From: Candidatus Latescibacterota bacterium
Lineage (GTDB): Bacteria; Latescibacterota; UBA2968; GCA-2709665
Direction: 5' to 3'
DNA: 64,000 nt
NCBI GenBank assembly: GCA_963667175.2
Contig: CAXXXF010000016.1
Span: forward strand, 320,001-384,000
A model generated the notes under the pieces. It ran no database searches. It saw only the letters and a list, made by a program, of their open reading frames with translations, and was not told the DNA's origin. Positions within the stretch are counted from its first letter, which is position 1. Each line of letters begins with the position of its first letter. Of the stretch, positions 17,901 to 27,684 are shown one piece after another. The translations under genes were made by a program, and so were the position numbers.

Positions 17901-20615
17901 TCCGCCGCCGGGTCCAAGGTCGATCACCCAGTCCGCCGTTTTGACGACATCCATGTTGTGTTCGATCACGACGACCGTATTGCCCAGATCCACTAGCCGA
18001 TGCAGCACCTTCAGCAGACTCTGTATATCTGCAAAATGCAAGCCTGTCGTAGGTTCATCCAGAATATAAAGTGTAGATCCTGTCTGTTTGCGGCACAATT
18101 CTTTAGACAGCTTCACACGTTGAGCTTCGCCACCGGACAACGTCGGCGCGGGCTGACCCAGTTTAACGTAGCCCATGCCCACCTCCACCAGCACCTCAAG
18201 AATCCGATGGATCTGCGGCACCGCTTCGAAAAAGGCACATGCCCGCTCCACCTCCATATCCAGCACATCCGCGATGGACGCCCCCCTGTACCGAATATCC
18301 AGCGTCTCCCTGTTGAATCGCCGCCCCTCGCAAACCGGGCACGTCACCCATACGTCGGCAAGGAAATCCATTTCAACGACATTGGCGCCGTTCCCGGAAC
18401 AGGCTTCGCATCGGCCGCCCTTCACATTGAAACTGAACCGGCCGGGGCGGTACCCTCTCACCCTGGACTCTCTGAGGTCCGCGTACAACGCCCTGATCGG
18501 GCCGAACACCCCGGTGTACGTGGCGGGATTGCTCCTGGGCGTGCGGCCGATGGGCTGCTGATCGATCTCAATCACCTTATCCAGGGCATCCATACCTTCG
18601 ATACGGTCGAAAGCGCCAGGTTCGGTTTCGGCGTGGTTCAGTTCTCGCGCCAACGTTCGATAAACAATGTCGTTTATGAGCGAACTCTTACCGGAACCGG
18701 ATACCCCGGTTACGCAGTTGAAAACCCCCAGGGGAAGTTCGACGTCGATACCCTTGAGGTTGTTCTGTCGCGCACCGAAAACCGCAAGGCGCCGTCCTTT
18801 CTGCGCCCTGCGGCCCGGTATCGCAATCGATCGTCTTCCGGAGAGAAAGGCGCCTGTACTTGATCGCTCCGACAGCGCGATCTGCCGCCAGGATCCACAA
18901 GCGACAACCTCCCCGCCCTGGTGACCGGCGCCCGGTCCGAAATCAACAATCCGGTCCGACCGTTTCATCGTCTCCTCGTCGTGCTCCACCACGATGATCG
19001 TGTTTCCCGCGTCCCGCAGCAGGCACAGCGCGTCCAGCAGCCTTTTGTTGTCGCGCTGGTGCAGTCCGATCGAGGGTTCGTCCAACACGTAGGTTACCCC
19101 GACCAAACCGCTGCCGATCTGCCCCGCCAGCCGGATTCGCTGGGCCTCGCCGCCGGAAAGGGTCGGCGCCGTCCTGTCCAGCGTCAGGTAATCAAGCCCG
19201 ACGTCCAGCAGGAATCTCAGCCGACCCAGGATCTCTTTGAGCGCATCCTCCGCGATCATCCGCCGGGTCGCCGTCAGGTTCAGTCCGTCGAAAAACGCAA
19301 AGGCATCCGCCACCGACATCGCCGCGACCGCGGACAGCGACATCCCCTCGATCGTTACCGCCGTAGCCTCGGCCGTCAACCGTGCGCCATGGCACGCCGG
19401 ACATTTCCCCATCCGCAGGTAAGGTCCCAGCCTCCGCCGCCAGGCCGGTGACCCGCCCTCCGCGTACCTGCGTTCAAATGGCGGAAAGATTCCCTCGAAC
19501 GAATCGTAATGTGTCCACACCCGGCCGTCCCGCCGTTGCCAATCGAGCCTGATCGGGCTCTTAACTCCGTAAAGCAGGTCGTCCCGCGCGGCCTGCGATA
19601 TCTCCCGCCATGGGGTATGTACGTCCATGCCGTGGCGCTCCAACACACCGTTGTAGTAGTGTATCTTCCAGCGGTTCCGCGGTTCGCCGAGCGGCGCTAT
19701 CGCCCCGTCCATGACCGACAGGGCGTCGTCAGGAATCGAACGCTTCGGATCCAGGGCAATCTGTGTACCGAGCCCCTTACACACGGAACACATTCCCTGC
19801 GGATTGTTGAAGGAAAACAGCTGAGGCGTGGGTTCCGTTGCGCTCAACCCGCACCGGGTGCAGGAATAGTTCGAACTCAGCAGCAGTTCCTCCCCTTCCT
19901 CGAACCCGACGATCAGCGTGCCGTTGCCGAATCCCAGTGCTGCGTCGACCGCTTCGCCGATGCGACCATGTCCATCCTCCCGCACGACCAGCCGATCCAC
20001 GACAAGGTCTATATCGTGCCGGATATGTCGTTCGAGCCGCTGCGACTCGGTCAGCTGTACCATCCGGCCGTCCACGCGGACGCGAAGATAACCCTCTCGC
20101 TGCAGCTCTTCGAACAGATCCAGATACTCCCCTTTTCTTCCCCGGACGAGCGGCGCCATCACAAAGATCCGTGTTCCTGCGCCCAGCGCCATGATCCGTT
20201 CCACGATTCCGTCGCGCGTCTGGGCGCCGATCGGCGTTCCGCACGCCACGCAATGCGGCTCTCCAACCCTTGCGTACAGTACGCGAAGGTAGTCGTAAAT
20301 CTCCGTCATCGTGCCCACGGTCGACCTGGGATTCCGTGCGGCGGCTTTCTGCTCTATAGACACGGTTGGCGAAAGGCCTGTAATCTGGTCGACGTCGGGC
20401 TTTCGAATCTGTCCCAGAAACTGGCGGGCATACGCGGAAAGGGACTCGATATATCGACGCTGCCCCTCCGCAAAGATCGTATCGAAGGCCAGCGAGGACT
20501 TTCCGGAGCCCGAAACCCCCGTGAAACAGATCAGTTGATTTCGCGGCAAGGTCAGGTCCACGTCCTTCAGGTTGTGAACCCGCGCCCCTTTGATGACGAT
20601 ATCTCGCGTTTCCAT
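14916..20615 (-). CDS. uvrA: Excinuclease ABC subunit A, double-length (two fused UvrA monomers)
   Basis: Four GVSGSGKSS Walker A and four LSGGEAQR signatures; two EGQRRY..SLSAYARQFL blocks; multiple CxxC Zn modules; 1899 aa. Confidence 0.95.
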   Translation of the reverse strand: METRDIVIKGARVHNLKDVDLTLPRNQLICFTGVSGSGKSSLAFDTIFAEGQRRYIESLSAYARQFLGQIRKPDVDQITGLSPTVSIEQKAAARNPRSTVGTMTEIYDYLRVLYARVGEPHCVACGTPIGAQTRDGIVERIMALGAGTRIFVMAPLVRGRKGEYLDLFEELQREGYLRVRVDGRMVQLTESQRLERHIRHDIDLVVDRLVVREDGHGRIGEAVDAALGFGNGTLIVGFEEGEELLLSSNYSCTRCGLSATEPTPQLFSFNNPQGMCSVCKGLGTQIALDPKRSIPDDALSVMDGAIAPLGEPRNRWKIHYYNGVLERHGMDVHTPWREISQAARDDLLYGVKSPIRLDWQRRDGRVWTHYDSFEGIFPPFERRYAEGGSPAWRRRLGPYLRMGKCPACHGARLTAEATAVTIEGMSLSAVAAMSVADAFAFFDGLNLTATRRMIAEDALKEILGRLRFLLDVGLDYLTLDRTAPTLSGGEAQRIRLAGQIGSGLVGVTYVLDEPSIGLHQRDNKRLLDALCLLRDAGNTIIVVEHDEETMKRSDRIVDFGPGAGHQGGEVVACGSWRQIALSERSSTGAFLSGRRSIAIPGRRAQKGRRLAVFGARQNNLKGIDVELPLGVFNCVTGVSGSGKSSLINDIVYRTLARELNHAETEPGAFDRIEGMDALDKVIEIDQQPIGRTPRSNPATYTGVFGPIRALYADLRESRVRGYRPGRFSFNVKGGRCEACSGNGANVVEMDFLADVWVTCPVCEGRRFNRETLDIRYRGASIADVLDMEVERACAFFEAVPQIHRILEVLVEVGMGYVKLGQPAPTLSGGEAQRVKLSKELCRKQTGSTLYILDEPTTGLHFADIQSLLKVLHRLVDLGNTVVVIEHNMDVVKTADWVIDLGPGGGESGGNVVAEGTPEHIARTRRSFTGRSLRSALRHDLDPFRRDGAPERRGRDRGLIREIQVAGARENNLRNVDVRIPREKLTVVSGVSGSGKSSLALDTVFAEGQRRYVESLSAYARQFLGQLPKPKVERVIGLSPAIAIEQKAASRNPRSTVGTVTEVYDYLRALYALVGKVYCPDCGVQAGALAIQEIVDRILGMPSGRRIYLLSPQRPGKGADYNGLIARASRAGYLRGRLDGDVFDLKTPPEVDYRQSHNLEILVDRVTLKTGVRKRVADSIEKALVLSGGVVIVASPDDGEETRFSQVLSCPKCGRSFDEITPQHLSFNSPEGWCDSCEGLGTQKGMGKNTLIPDPGKSLSEGAVPALGRLKGGPLSALMRAVGDAGGFDLETPVAQMSQSALEALLYGTGERWISQADGLRFRYKGLFSSLEELVRLSPRFREKLGELVEDVPCLACRGARLKPESAAVRLSGTTLCELVDLPIAMSRRWLEDVELTGPELDSVGEVIQEIRVRMRFLHDVGLGYLSLSRRAPTLSGGEAQRIRLASQIGSGLTGVLYVLDEPTIGLHQRDNRRLLAALARLRDLGNTLIVVEHDRETLETADHIVDFGPGAGSCGGTLVAEGHPKSLSTANGSLTAKYLAGRLAVEPPPRRSARRGCIEIVGARHNNLKNLNVKFPLGMLIGVTGVSGSGKSSLVNDVLYGALAAGLNGDRSAGGDHDEVRGLDGIDKVINIDQSPIGFSPRSNPSTYVKVFDKVRRLYAQLPDARIRGFSPGHFSFNHRKGRCEACKGLGSRCIEMHFLPDVWVTCEDCNGQRYSRDVVNVRYKGRSIADMLEMTVDQALRQFENVPGIRRVLTTLVDVGLGYIKMGQASTTLSGGEAQRVKLARELARPNTGKTVYLLDEPTTGLHIADVARLLDVLNRLVDAGNTVIVIEHNLDVIKTADRIIDLGPEGGEEGGYLVAAGTPEEVARVDASHTGRFLGEVLGIGNSNPPHSPEVPA

Positions 20616-21026
20616 AAATCCGTCTTTCTCCCTGGTTAAAGCTTCAGGAAGAAACCCTAACTCCCTTGATTGCGGTCCCGACCGGCCTTTTACCGCGACC
20701 CCGTACGTCCGCCCCGTGCCACCGGTCGCGACGAGCCAACCGGAAAACAGGTTCGACGCGGTGATGAATCTTGCCGGAAACCGCTCCCGTCGGGTACCGG
20801 CACGCGATGTTGGAATCGCAATATACTACTCAAATGTTCAGGTACCAAGAAAAACCTGTATCGGTGCCCGTAATGACACGACTGCAACGCGACGGTTTGC
20901 CTCCGTGCGACGGGCGCCTGAACGGGTCCCTGAAATCCGAGGCGATCCCTGCTTCCAAACGATCAAAAGCGCCTTTATCCCAACGGACAAAGACGCTTGC
21001 GTGTACACTTCCGGTTTATGGATGGG

Positions 21027-21380
21027 TTACTCGGGCGGCTGGGTCTTGAAACTGGCCACCGCACGATCCACCGTATCCAGGGTCCGGAAGATGCCCGCCA
21101 GTTGCGTGACCATCAGAATACTCTCGATTTTCCGCGTAATGCCCGTGAGCCGCATGTCTCCGCCCGCATGCCGAACCGTGGTCAGACTGGCGGTCATGAC
21201 CCCCAGCATCGAACTGCCGAACCATTTCACCTTTGAAAAATCGACAACCACCCGGCTGATTCCGTCTTTGACCAGCCGTTTGATGTGGTCGTGAAACTCG
21301 GCCACTTCAGGGCCGGACATCAGGGCGCCCGTTACCGTGAGTACGGCAACATCCTCCCGGATCTCCTCATTGATCTTCAT
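21027..21380 (-). CDS. STAS-domain anti-sigma factor antagonist
   Basis: VVVDFSKVKWFGSSMLG, GGDMRL; 117 aa; GAGG RBS. Confidence 0.85.
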   Translation of the reverse strand: MKINEEIREDVAVLTVTGALMSGPEVAEFHDHIKRLVKDGISRVVVDFSKVKWFGSSMLGVMTASLTTVRHAGGDMRLTGITRKIESILMVTQLAGIFRTLDTVDRAVASFKTQPPE

Positions 21381-21634
21381 GGTTCTACCCCCTCAAAGGT
21401 TTCTGGTTGCAACCAACCGCTGCATCGTTCGAAAAAACCTGTTTAACACCTCAGATTCCGCGAAGAGTTGCCACGGTTCCAATATAATTGCTAATATGTC
21501 AGGGATCAAGTAAGGAATTTCTCGGGGGCGGGTGTTTTGGCGGTTTTCGGCTTGACAAAGCCCCGTTCGACGGCTTATTTATTGGCGCCGATCCCGCGAC
21601 AATAAACGTCCCGTAATAAGAGAAGGCACGCGTT

Positions 21635-22429
21635 ATGGAACTTGGATGCAGCACAATACTATATGGCGGACATGACCTGAACGTCGCCATGGAACGGATT
21701 CGGGCGGCCGGCTACGGGGCCATCGAACTCTGTTGTATTCCCGGGATGGCCCCCCACCTGTCCATTGGCGAAAGCAACGCGTATTACAGGGATGTCGGAC
21801 GCCGGGCCACGGACCACAGGTTGGAAGTCGAGTCGCTCGGCGCGAGCGGCAATCTGAACGACGAGCGCCGCTTCCTTCAGATCCTGGACGCCGCGAACGC
21901 ACTCGGCGCGCCTATGGTCACGACGGGGCCGGGGGGTAAACCGGACGACGAACCGGAGTTCAACGCCACCGTTGAAAGAATCAACCGTCTTGCGGACCAG
22001 GCCGCCCGCCGCGGCGTACGGCTAAGTATAAAGCCTCACGTGGGCAACGCTGTCTACAACACGGACACCGCGTATCGCTTCATGCAACAGGTCGATCGAC
22101 GCCGGGTGGGTATCAACTACGACGCCACCCACATCTGGCGCAGCCCGCAGCGTGAGGTGCCCGAGGAAACGATCGGCAAAATCAGCGATTATATCTCTTC
22201 GGTAAGGATCCGCGACGTGAAGGGCAGGCAGACCGACATCGGGCCGGTGGAAACCCAGGTGGCCGGCAACGGCGATATGGATCTCCACGCCCAGGCGAGC
22301 GCGTTCAGGGCGATTCCCGGACTCAAGTACGCGGTTCTAGAGATTGTAGGTACGCGGGACATGGGTGTGGACGAGATAGACAGCGTTGTCAGGCGTTCGT
22401 ACGATTACTTCAGCCCGCTGTTCGAGTGA
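21635..22429 (+). CDS. Sugar phosphate isomerase/epimerase (xylose isomerase-like TIM barrel)
   Basis: AAGYGAIEL, GINYDATH, RIRD, GNGDMD, AVLE. Confidence 0.8.
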   Translation: MELGCSTILYGGHDLNVAMERIRAAGYGAIELCCIPGMAPHLSIGESNAYYRDVGRRATDHRLEVESLGASGNLNDERRFLQILDAANALGAPMVTTGPGGKPDDEPEFNATVERINRLADQAARRGVRLSIKPHVGNAVYNTDTAYRFMQQVDRRRVGINYDATHIWRSPQREVPEETIGKISDYISSVRIRDVKGRQTDIGPVETQVAGNGDMDLHAQASAFRAIPGLKYAVLEIVGTRDMGVDEIDSVVRRSYDYFSPLFE

Positions 22430-22517
22430 GATCAGAATCACGGCTGTCCTACCCCCGGCCTCGAATGCCCCCGGTTTGAGGATCAGCGGTTCACCGTTTC
22501 CTGCGAGGAGCATTGGT

Positions 22518-23540
22518 ATGATCCGCGTCGGCGTAATCGGCATGCGCGGCATTGGCAGCCAGCATGCGGAAGTTTACGTGAATAACAGGAGTTCGGATCT
22601 TGTGGCCGTCTGCGATCTGGTAAAGGAACGCGCGGACAGCGCGGCCGAGCGGTTTGGCGCGAAGTCATTCTACAACGTGGCGGATATGCTTCGTTGCGAA
22701 GAACTGGATGCGGTGAGCGTGGCGACCGGCGGTTTCGAAAACGGGGGCGACCACTACGAACCCGCCATCCGGTGTATGGAAGCCGGAATCAGCGTCCTGT
22801 GTGAAAAACCCATAAGCAACAACATTCATCACGCCCGTCAGATGGTCGACAAAGCACGGGCGTGCGACGTCCGATTCGGCATCAATCTGAACCACCGGTT
22901 CGTTCCGCCCGCGGCCAAAGCCAGAGGCTGGATTGCGGAAGGCCGGCTCGGCCGCCTGCTGCTCATTAACATGACCATGTGGATCGGGAATCCCAACGAG
23001 ACGTCTCCGTGGTTCCACCTCAGGGCCCTTCACCCTCACTCAATCGACATTATGCGATACTTCTGCGGAAATGTAAAGCGGGTACAGGCTTTTCTGAACA
23101 AGGCGCCCGGACGAAGCGGAGACCGTGAGACGGTATGCTGGTCCAACGCACAGATCAATATGCATTTCGAGAACGACGTCGTGGGTCACCTTACCGGAAG
23201 TTACGACACCAATCCCGCCCACAACCTGGAACGCTGCGAGGTGATGGGGACGGAAGGCCGTTTCGTCCTCGACAACTGTTTCGAAGACCTGACTCTCTAT
23301 CCCAGACGATCCGAGGAACTCACCGTCGTAAGGAACTCCATTATGGGCGGTCTGGTCTTCGAAGACACGTTCCCCAGACGAATCAACCGATGGATCGAAC
23401 AGCTGGACGAAGGCGCCTCTCAATCGGAAATCGAAGGGTCCGGCGAAGAAGGGCTCGCCGTCCAGGAAGTTATCGAAGCGGCGATTCGGTCGTGGGAAGA
23501 TCGTACAATTGTGGACGTGCCGATCGTACCTGGCGCATGA
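22518..23540 (+). CDS. Gfo/Idh/MocA family oxidoreductase
   Basis: RVGVIGMRGIG, VLCEKP, NHRF, HSID; GAGGAG RBS before ATG 22518. Confidence 0.88.
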   Translation: MIRVGVIGMRGIGSQHAEVYVNNRSSDLVAVCDLVKERADSAAERFGAKSFYNVADMLRCEELDAVSVATGGFENGGDHYEPAIRCMEAGISVLCEKPISNNIHHARQMVDKARACDVRFGINLNHRFVPPAAKARGWIAEGRLGRLLLINMTMWIGNPNETSPWFHLRALHPHSIDIMRYFCGNVKRVQAFLNKAPGRSGDRETVCWSNAQINMHFENDVVGHLTGSYDTNPAHNLERCEVMGTEGRFVLDNCFEDLTLYPRRSEELTVVRNSIMGGLVFEDTFPRRINRWIEQLDEGASQSEIEGSGEEGLAVQEVIEAAIRSWEDRTIVDVPIVPGA

Positions 23541-23611
23541 ACGGGCTGTTGCTCCCCTGCCACCATGGGAAGACGATCGCCAATGAAGTCTTCATCTTCT
23601 GCCCGGACAGA

Positions 23612-24859
23612 ATGACCACCGAACTCAACGGCGTGACGTATCGCCTTCCGCGGGTTCCGGTCGCCGTCATCTGCGTCGACGGCGGAGACCCCGAGTACCT
23701 CGAGGCGGCGCAGGAAGCCGGGGCGATTCCGTCGATCTCGCGTTTCGTGGAAGGCGGGTACAGCGGAACCGTCCACTGTGTCATTCCGAGCTTTACGTGT
23801 CCCAACAACGTCTCCATCGCCACGGGCGCTCCGCCGGCTGTACACGGCATTTCCGGCAATTTCCACCTGGACCGGCGCACCCGACGGACCATTCCAATGA
23901 CGTGCCCGTGGATGATGCGTTCGCGTACGATTTTCGACGTTATTTCAAAGGCCGGCGTCGAAACGGCCGTAATCACCGCCAAGGACAAACTCCGCAGGCA
24001 ACTCGGGAAGGGAATGGACGTCGGCGATGGCAACCTCTGTTTCTCATCCCAGCGAGCAGACCGTTGTACGATCCGGGAGAACGGCATTCAGGACGCGCTC
24101 GGCTGGGTCGGCAGGCCATTGCCAGACATGTATTCCGACGCACTGTCGCTGTTCGTACTGGACGCCGGCATCCGGTTCATCGAAAGAGACAACCGGCCGC
24201 GGCTGGCTTACCTGTCGCTTACGGATTACGTCCAGCACAGGTATCCGCCGGATCATCCCGCGGCTCTCGATTTTTATCGATCGCTCGACCGGCGTTGCGC
24301 GAGACTCGAACGCATGGGCGCGACCGTAGCCCTCGTGGCCGACCACGGCATGAAGGACAAGTGCGCGCCGGACGGTACGTACAATATCATCTGGCTGCAG
24401 GACCTGCTGGACCGTCGTTTCGGAACCGGAGCAACGCGTGTCATCTGTCCGATCACAGACGCGTTCGTTGGGCATCACGCCGCGTTGGGAGGATTCGTCA
24501 GGGTTTACTGCTTCGACGACCTGGAGGTCCGCGAGGCCATCCGCTTTATGGCGTGCATCGACGGGATTGAGGCCGTCTTGGAGCGAGCAGACGCGGCGGC
24601 CCGGTTCAATCTACCCGTCGACGTGGAAGCCGACGCGGTGGTGATCGCCGCCGACGCGTTCTGTATCGGCGCCTCCCGGGTCGACCATGATCTCGAGGGG
24701 CTGCATGGCGAACGCCTGCGATCGCACGGCGGCTTTTCGGAGCAGGAGGTACCGCTCATCCTCAACCGCCCGCTTACCGCGGAATACCTTGCGCGCACCG
24801 CGTCGGAACAGCTGATGAATTACCAGGTTTTCGAATTGGCGCTGAACGGCGTCGCGTGA
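23612..24859 (+). CDS. phnA: Phosphonoacetate hydrolase (alkaline phosphatase superfamily)
   Basis: ELNGVTY, ICVDG, PSFTCPNN..IATG..P..HGISGN, TDYVQH, ADHGM, LRSHGG; alternative in-frame ATG at 23537 overlaps the upstream stop. Confidence 0.88.
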   Translation: MTTELNGVTYRLPRVPVAVICVDGGDPEYLEAAQEAGAIPSISRFVEGGYSGTVHCVIPSFTCPNNVSIATGAPPAVHGISGNFHLDRRTRRTIPMTCPWMMRSRTIFDVISKAGVETAVITAKDKLRRQLGKGMDVGDGNLCFSSQRADRCTIRENGIQDALGWVGRPLPDMYSDALSLFVLDAGIRFIERDNRPRLAYLSLTDYVQHRYPPDHPAALDFYRSLDRRCARLERMGATVALVADHGMKDKCAPDGTYNIIWLQDLLDRRFGTGATRVICPITDAFVGHHAALGGFVRVYCFDDLEVREAIRFMACIDGIEAVLERADAAARFNLPVDVEADAVVIAADAFCIGASRVDHDLEGLHGERLRSHGGFSEQEVPLILNRPLTAEYLARTASEQLMNYQVFELALNGVA

Positions 24860-24980
24860 AGCGCCGTGCCACGGCCCGTGAGCGCCGAGGCGAACCCGCG
24901 CGCCATGAGGAATTTCCGGCGGGACCGGCGTCGAAATGACGTCCGGAAATGACGGAACAGAACAAAAAGGAGTCGAAGAC

Positions 24981-25382
24981 ATGAGCGAATCGAAGCTGTT
25001 CGAGGCCGCGTTCCCCTATGCCGACGATGTTCTCGCGCTTCCGGTGCAGGACATCGACGAAGCGTCAACCTGGTATTGTAAAGCGTTTGGACTCAAAGAA
25101 GCAGAAAGACACAGCGACCCGGTTCCCACGGTGGTGCTTGAAAGGGACGGCGTCCGGATTGGATTCGCTGTCAATGGCAGCGATCCCGGGCAGGAAGGCG
25201 CGGCAATCCGCGTGTCCGATATTCACAGGGCGAGGCGTGAACTGGAAGAAAAAGGGATCGAGACCGGCAACTGGAGGATCGACGAGAACGACGGGCGAAA
25301 ATACCAGGTCTTTTTCGTCGTTGCTCCAGACGCGCTCTGTTACTATTTCCACCAGCCGATCCAGGACGAACCCGCCAAATGA
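24981..25382 (+). CDS. VOC/glyoxalase family protein
   Basis: LPVQDIDEASTWYCKAFG, IRVSDI, VAPD; AAGGAG RBS. Confidence 0.75.
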   Translation: MSESKLFEAAFPYADDVLALPVQDIDEASTWYCKAFGLKEAERHSDPVPTVVLERDGVRIGFAVNGSDPGQEGAAIRVSDIHRARRELEEKGIETGNWRIDENDGRKYQVFFVVAPDALCYYFHQPIQDEPAK

Positions 25383-25544
25383 ATCGGCCGGGCAGGGAGC
25401 CCGGCCGGTCCGCGTATGCGTCGTCACGAGAACGAGGATGGGGAAACGACCGGCGATCGTTTCTTCTTCCTCTTTTCTCTTTCCTGGCAACGGTCACCGT
25501 CGATCTCGTCAAATGCACGGAAGCGTGCCGGAACGGCGCCGCGC

Positions 25545-25967
25545 TCAGCCTGCAGGGTTTTCGAAATTGACCTGCCATCTGATGCCGAATTTATCGACGC
25601 ACATCCCGAAATAAGCCCCCCAGAACATATCCTGCATCGGCGTCACCATTTCGCCGCCCTCCGCCAACCCCGCGAGCAGCCGGTCGGCGTCCGCCCTGCT
25701 GTCCGGGCTGACCGTTATGGAAAAGTTGCCGCCGACCTTCGGCGGAGGACCGAATGCCGAGGTGGAGTCGCTGCCCATGAGCACGCTGTCGCCAATGGGC
25801 AGCGACACGTGCATGACCCGGCCTTGTTCGTCTTCCGGTACCTGCAGGTCGGGAGGTCCGTCTCCGAAGGTCTGGATGAACAGGAAGTCTCCGCCAAAGA
25901 CGGAGCGGTAGAACTCAAACGCCTCCCTGCATTCCTTGTCGAAGGTCAAATAAGTGTTCAGTTGCAA
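25545..25967 (-). CDS. VOC family protein, PhnB/YjdN-like
   Basis: YLTF..CREAFEFY..VFGG, VMH, MGSD, MFWGAYFGMCVDKFGIRW. Confidence 0.88.
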   Translation of the reverse strand: MQLNTYLTFDKECREAFEFYRSVFGGDFLFIQTFGDGPPDLQVPEDEQGRVMHVSLPIGDSVLMGSDSTSAFGPPPKVGGNFSITVSPDSRADADRLLAGLAEGGEMVTPMQDMFWGAYFGMCVDKFGIRWQVNFENPAG

Positions 25968-26114
25968 TGCAGCCTCCTGTGTGATATGCGGCGGCCCACG
26001 CGCCGCAGGTGGACTTGATGGCTATCGCGTTTCAAATCAACTCGCAAACGAGCCCGGACAGGACTTTGGCGCCGACGGATTCCGCGATTCCTTTCGATAC
26101 CGGCACGCATCCGG

Positions 26115-27371
26115 TTACAGGTACAGACCGACCATGCAACCAGTGAGCATGGTCGCCAGGGTTCCACCAATCAGGGAACGGAGCCCGAGGCGCGCCAGGT
26201 CGCCTCGCCTGTCTGGTGCGATCCCCCCGATGCCCCCGATCATAATGGCCACGGACCCGAAGTTTGCAAAACCGCACAGGGCGTACGCCGTGATCACAAA
26301 GGCCCGCGGATTGAGCGGCTCGGGACCGCTCATCAGTCGCGCCAGGTCCATGTAGGCCACGAATTCGTTCAGGATCGTCTTCAGCCCCATCAGTTCACCG
26401 ACCGGGCGGGCTTCGGTCCAGGAAATCCCCATCAGCCAGACGAACGGTCGAAACAGACCGCCTGCGGCGGCCTGCAGGCTCCAACCGCCGGCCCCTCCGG
26501 CAACCAAAACGTCGATCTTTTCGATGACCAGATTCGCAAGGGCGACCAGGCCGATGAAGGCGACAAGCATCGCGAGGATGTTGATGACCAGGCGCATGCC
26601 CTCGGCGGCGCCCCTCGCCGCTGCATCGAGGCCGTTCAGCGTGTCGTCGCGAGGCAGTTCCACCTGCTCGTGTGAGGTGAGGGGTTCGCCGGTCTCCGGG
26701 ATCATCAGCTTGGCCACGGCGATCGCCGCTGGCGCGCTGATCAGCGACGCGGTAAACAGATGTCCGGCGATATCCGGATGGGCCGTGTCCAGGATGGTCG
26801 CGTAGATCACCATCACCGTACCGGCGATCGTGGCCATACCCACGGTCATAATGCAGAACAACTCGCTCTCCGTCATGCGGCTCACGTACGGCCGAACCAG
26901 CAGCGGGGATTCCGTCATCCCGAGAAAGACGTTTCCCGCGGACCCGACGCTCTCTGCGGAACTGAGTCCGAGGACCCTCTGCATGATCGCGCTCAGCCTG
27001 CCGATCACCCACGGCAGGATCCGGTAATGGTATAGCATCCTTGAAACCGCGGCCACAAAGATCAGTATCGCGGCGATTTCCAGGGCCACGACGGGGCCGT
27101 ATTTGTTTGTGAATTCGGGATTCGACAGTCCCGAGAAAAGTAGCGATTCGTTCGCCTTGAGCGCGGTTGTACGAAGCATGTCCGTAAGGGCGCCGACGAC
27201 GCCGAAGACGTAATGCCGCAGCCCCGTCTTGACGAGAATGCCCGTCAGGAGCAATTGCAGGCCGCTGGCAACGGCGACGGTCTTCCAGGGGATGCGCATC
27301 GAACGCCGGCCGAGTGACCATGCAATGGCGAGAAGCACGACGTATCCAATGGCGCCGTGAAGCACGAACAA
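26115..27371 (-). CDS. Concentrative nucleoside transporter (CNT, NupC/YeiM family)
   Basis: GNVFLGMTESPL, GMATIAGTV, KTILNEFVAY, YALCGFANFGS; start approximate. Confidence 0.92.
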   Translation of the reverse strand: MFVLHGAIGYVVLLAIAWSLGRRSMRIPWKTVAVASGLQLLLTGILVKTGLRHYVFGVVGALTDMLRTTALKANESLLFSGLSNPEFTNKYGPVVALEIAAILIFVAAVSRMLYHYRILPWVIGRLSAIMQRVLGLSSAESVGSAGNVFLGMTESPLLVRPYVSRMTESELFCIMTVGMATIAGTVMVIYATILDTAHPDIAGHLFTASLISAPAAIAVAKLMIPETGEPLTSHEQVELPRDDTLNGLDAAARGAAEGMRLVINILAMLVAFIGLVALANLVIEKIDVLVAGGAGGWSLQAAAGGLFRPFVWLMGISWTEARPVGELMGLKTILNEFVAYMDLARLMSGPEPLNPRAFVITAYALCGFANFGSVAIMIGGIGGIAPDRRGDLARLGLRSLIGGTLATMLTGCMVGLYL

Positions 27372-27514
27372 GGCGGGTTTCCTCTTTGCGGAACGGTATC
27401 CGTCTGAAAATCCGGTGGAGTCGCGACCCCTGAGACCGGCGCCCAAAATAGCCGGAAACGCCCACAAGGTCAAGCGATTTCCCGCCCGGAGGCCCTGCGC
27501 TGGCCTCGTATTTC

Positions 27515-27543
27515 TTGACTTGCATGTTCGAAAACCCTATTGT
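27515..27543 (+). promoter_or_regulatory. Putative sigma70 promoter for gmd
   Basis: TTGACT-17 nt-TATTGT. Confidence 0.55.
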
Positions 27544-27684
27544 TGAGCTTGCCGGTGCGTTACGGCGAGAACGCTTCCCGTCCGCCGTCTGTGTCTATAC
27601 GGCCTTTCGTCCATCCTTTGGCGTGCGGATCTCTGAATCCCTCGGTACCGGCGCGATTCGGATTCCATTCCCTATGAGGTTTCC

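Noticed and set aside
20616-21026. LexA/SOS box upstream of uvrA
   Set aside because: I could not find a convincing match to the known LexA motifs I checked (CTGT-N8-ACAG, GAAC-N4-GTTC, TGTTC-N4-GAACA)
23612-25967. phnA next to a 'PhnB'-like gene as a phosphonate operon
   Set aside because: The PhnB/YjdN VOC family is not known to act in phosphonate catabolism, and the gene is on the opposite strand; the name is a coincidence
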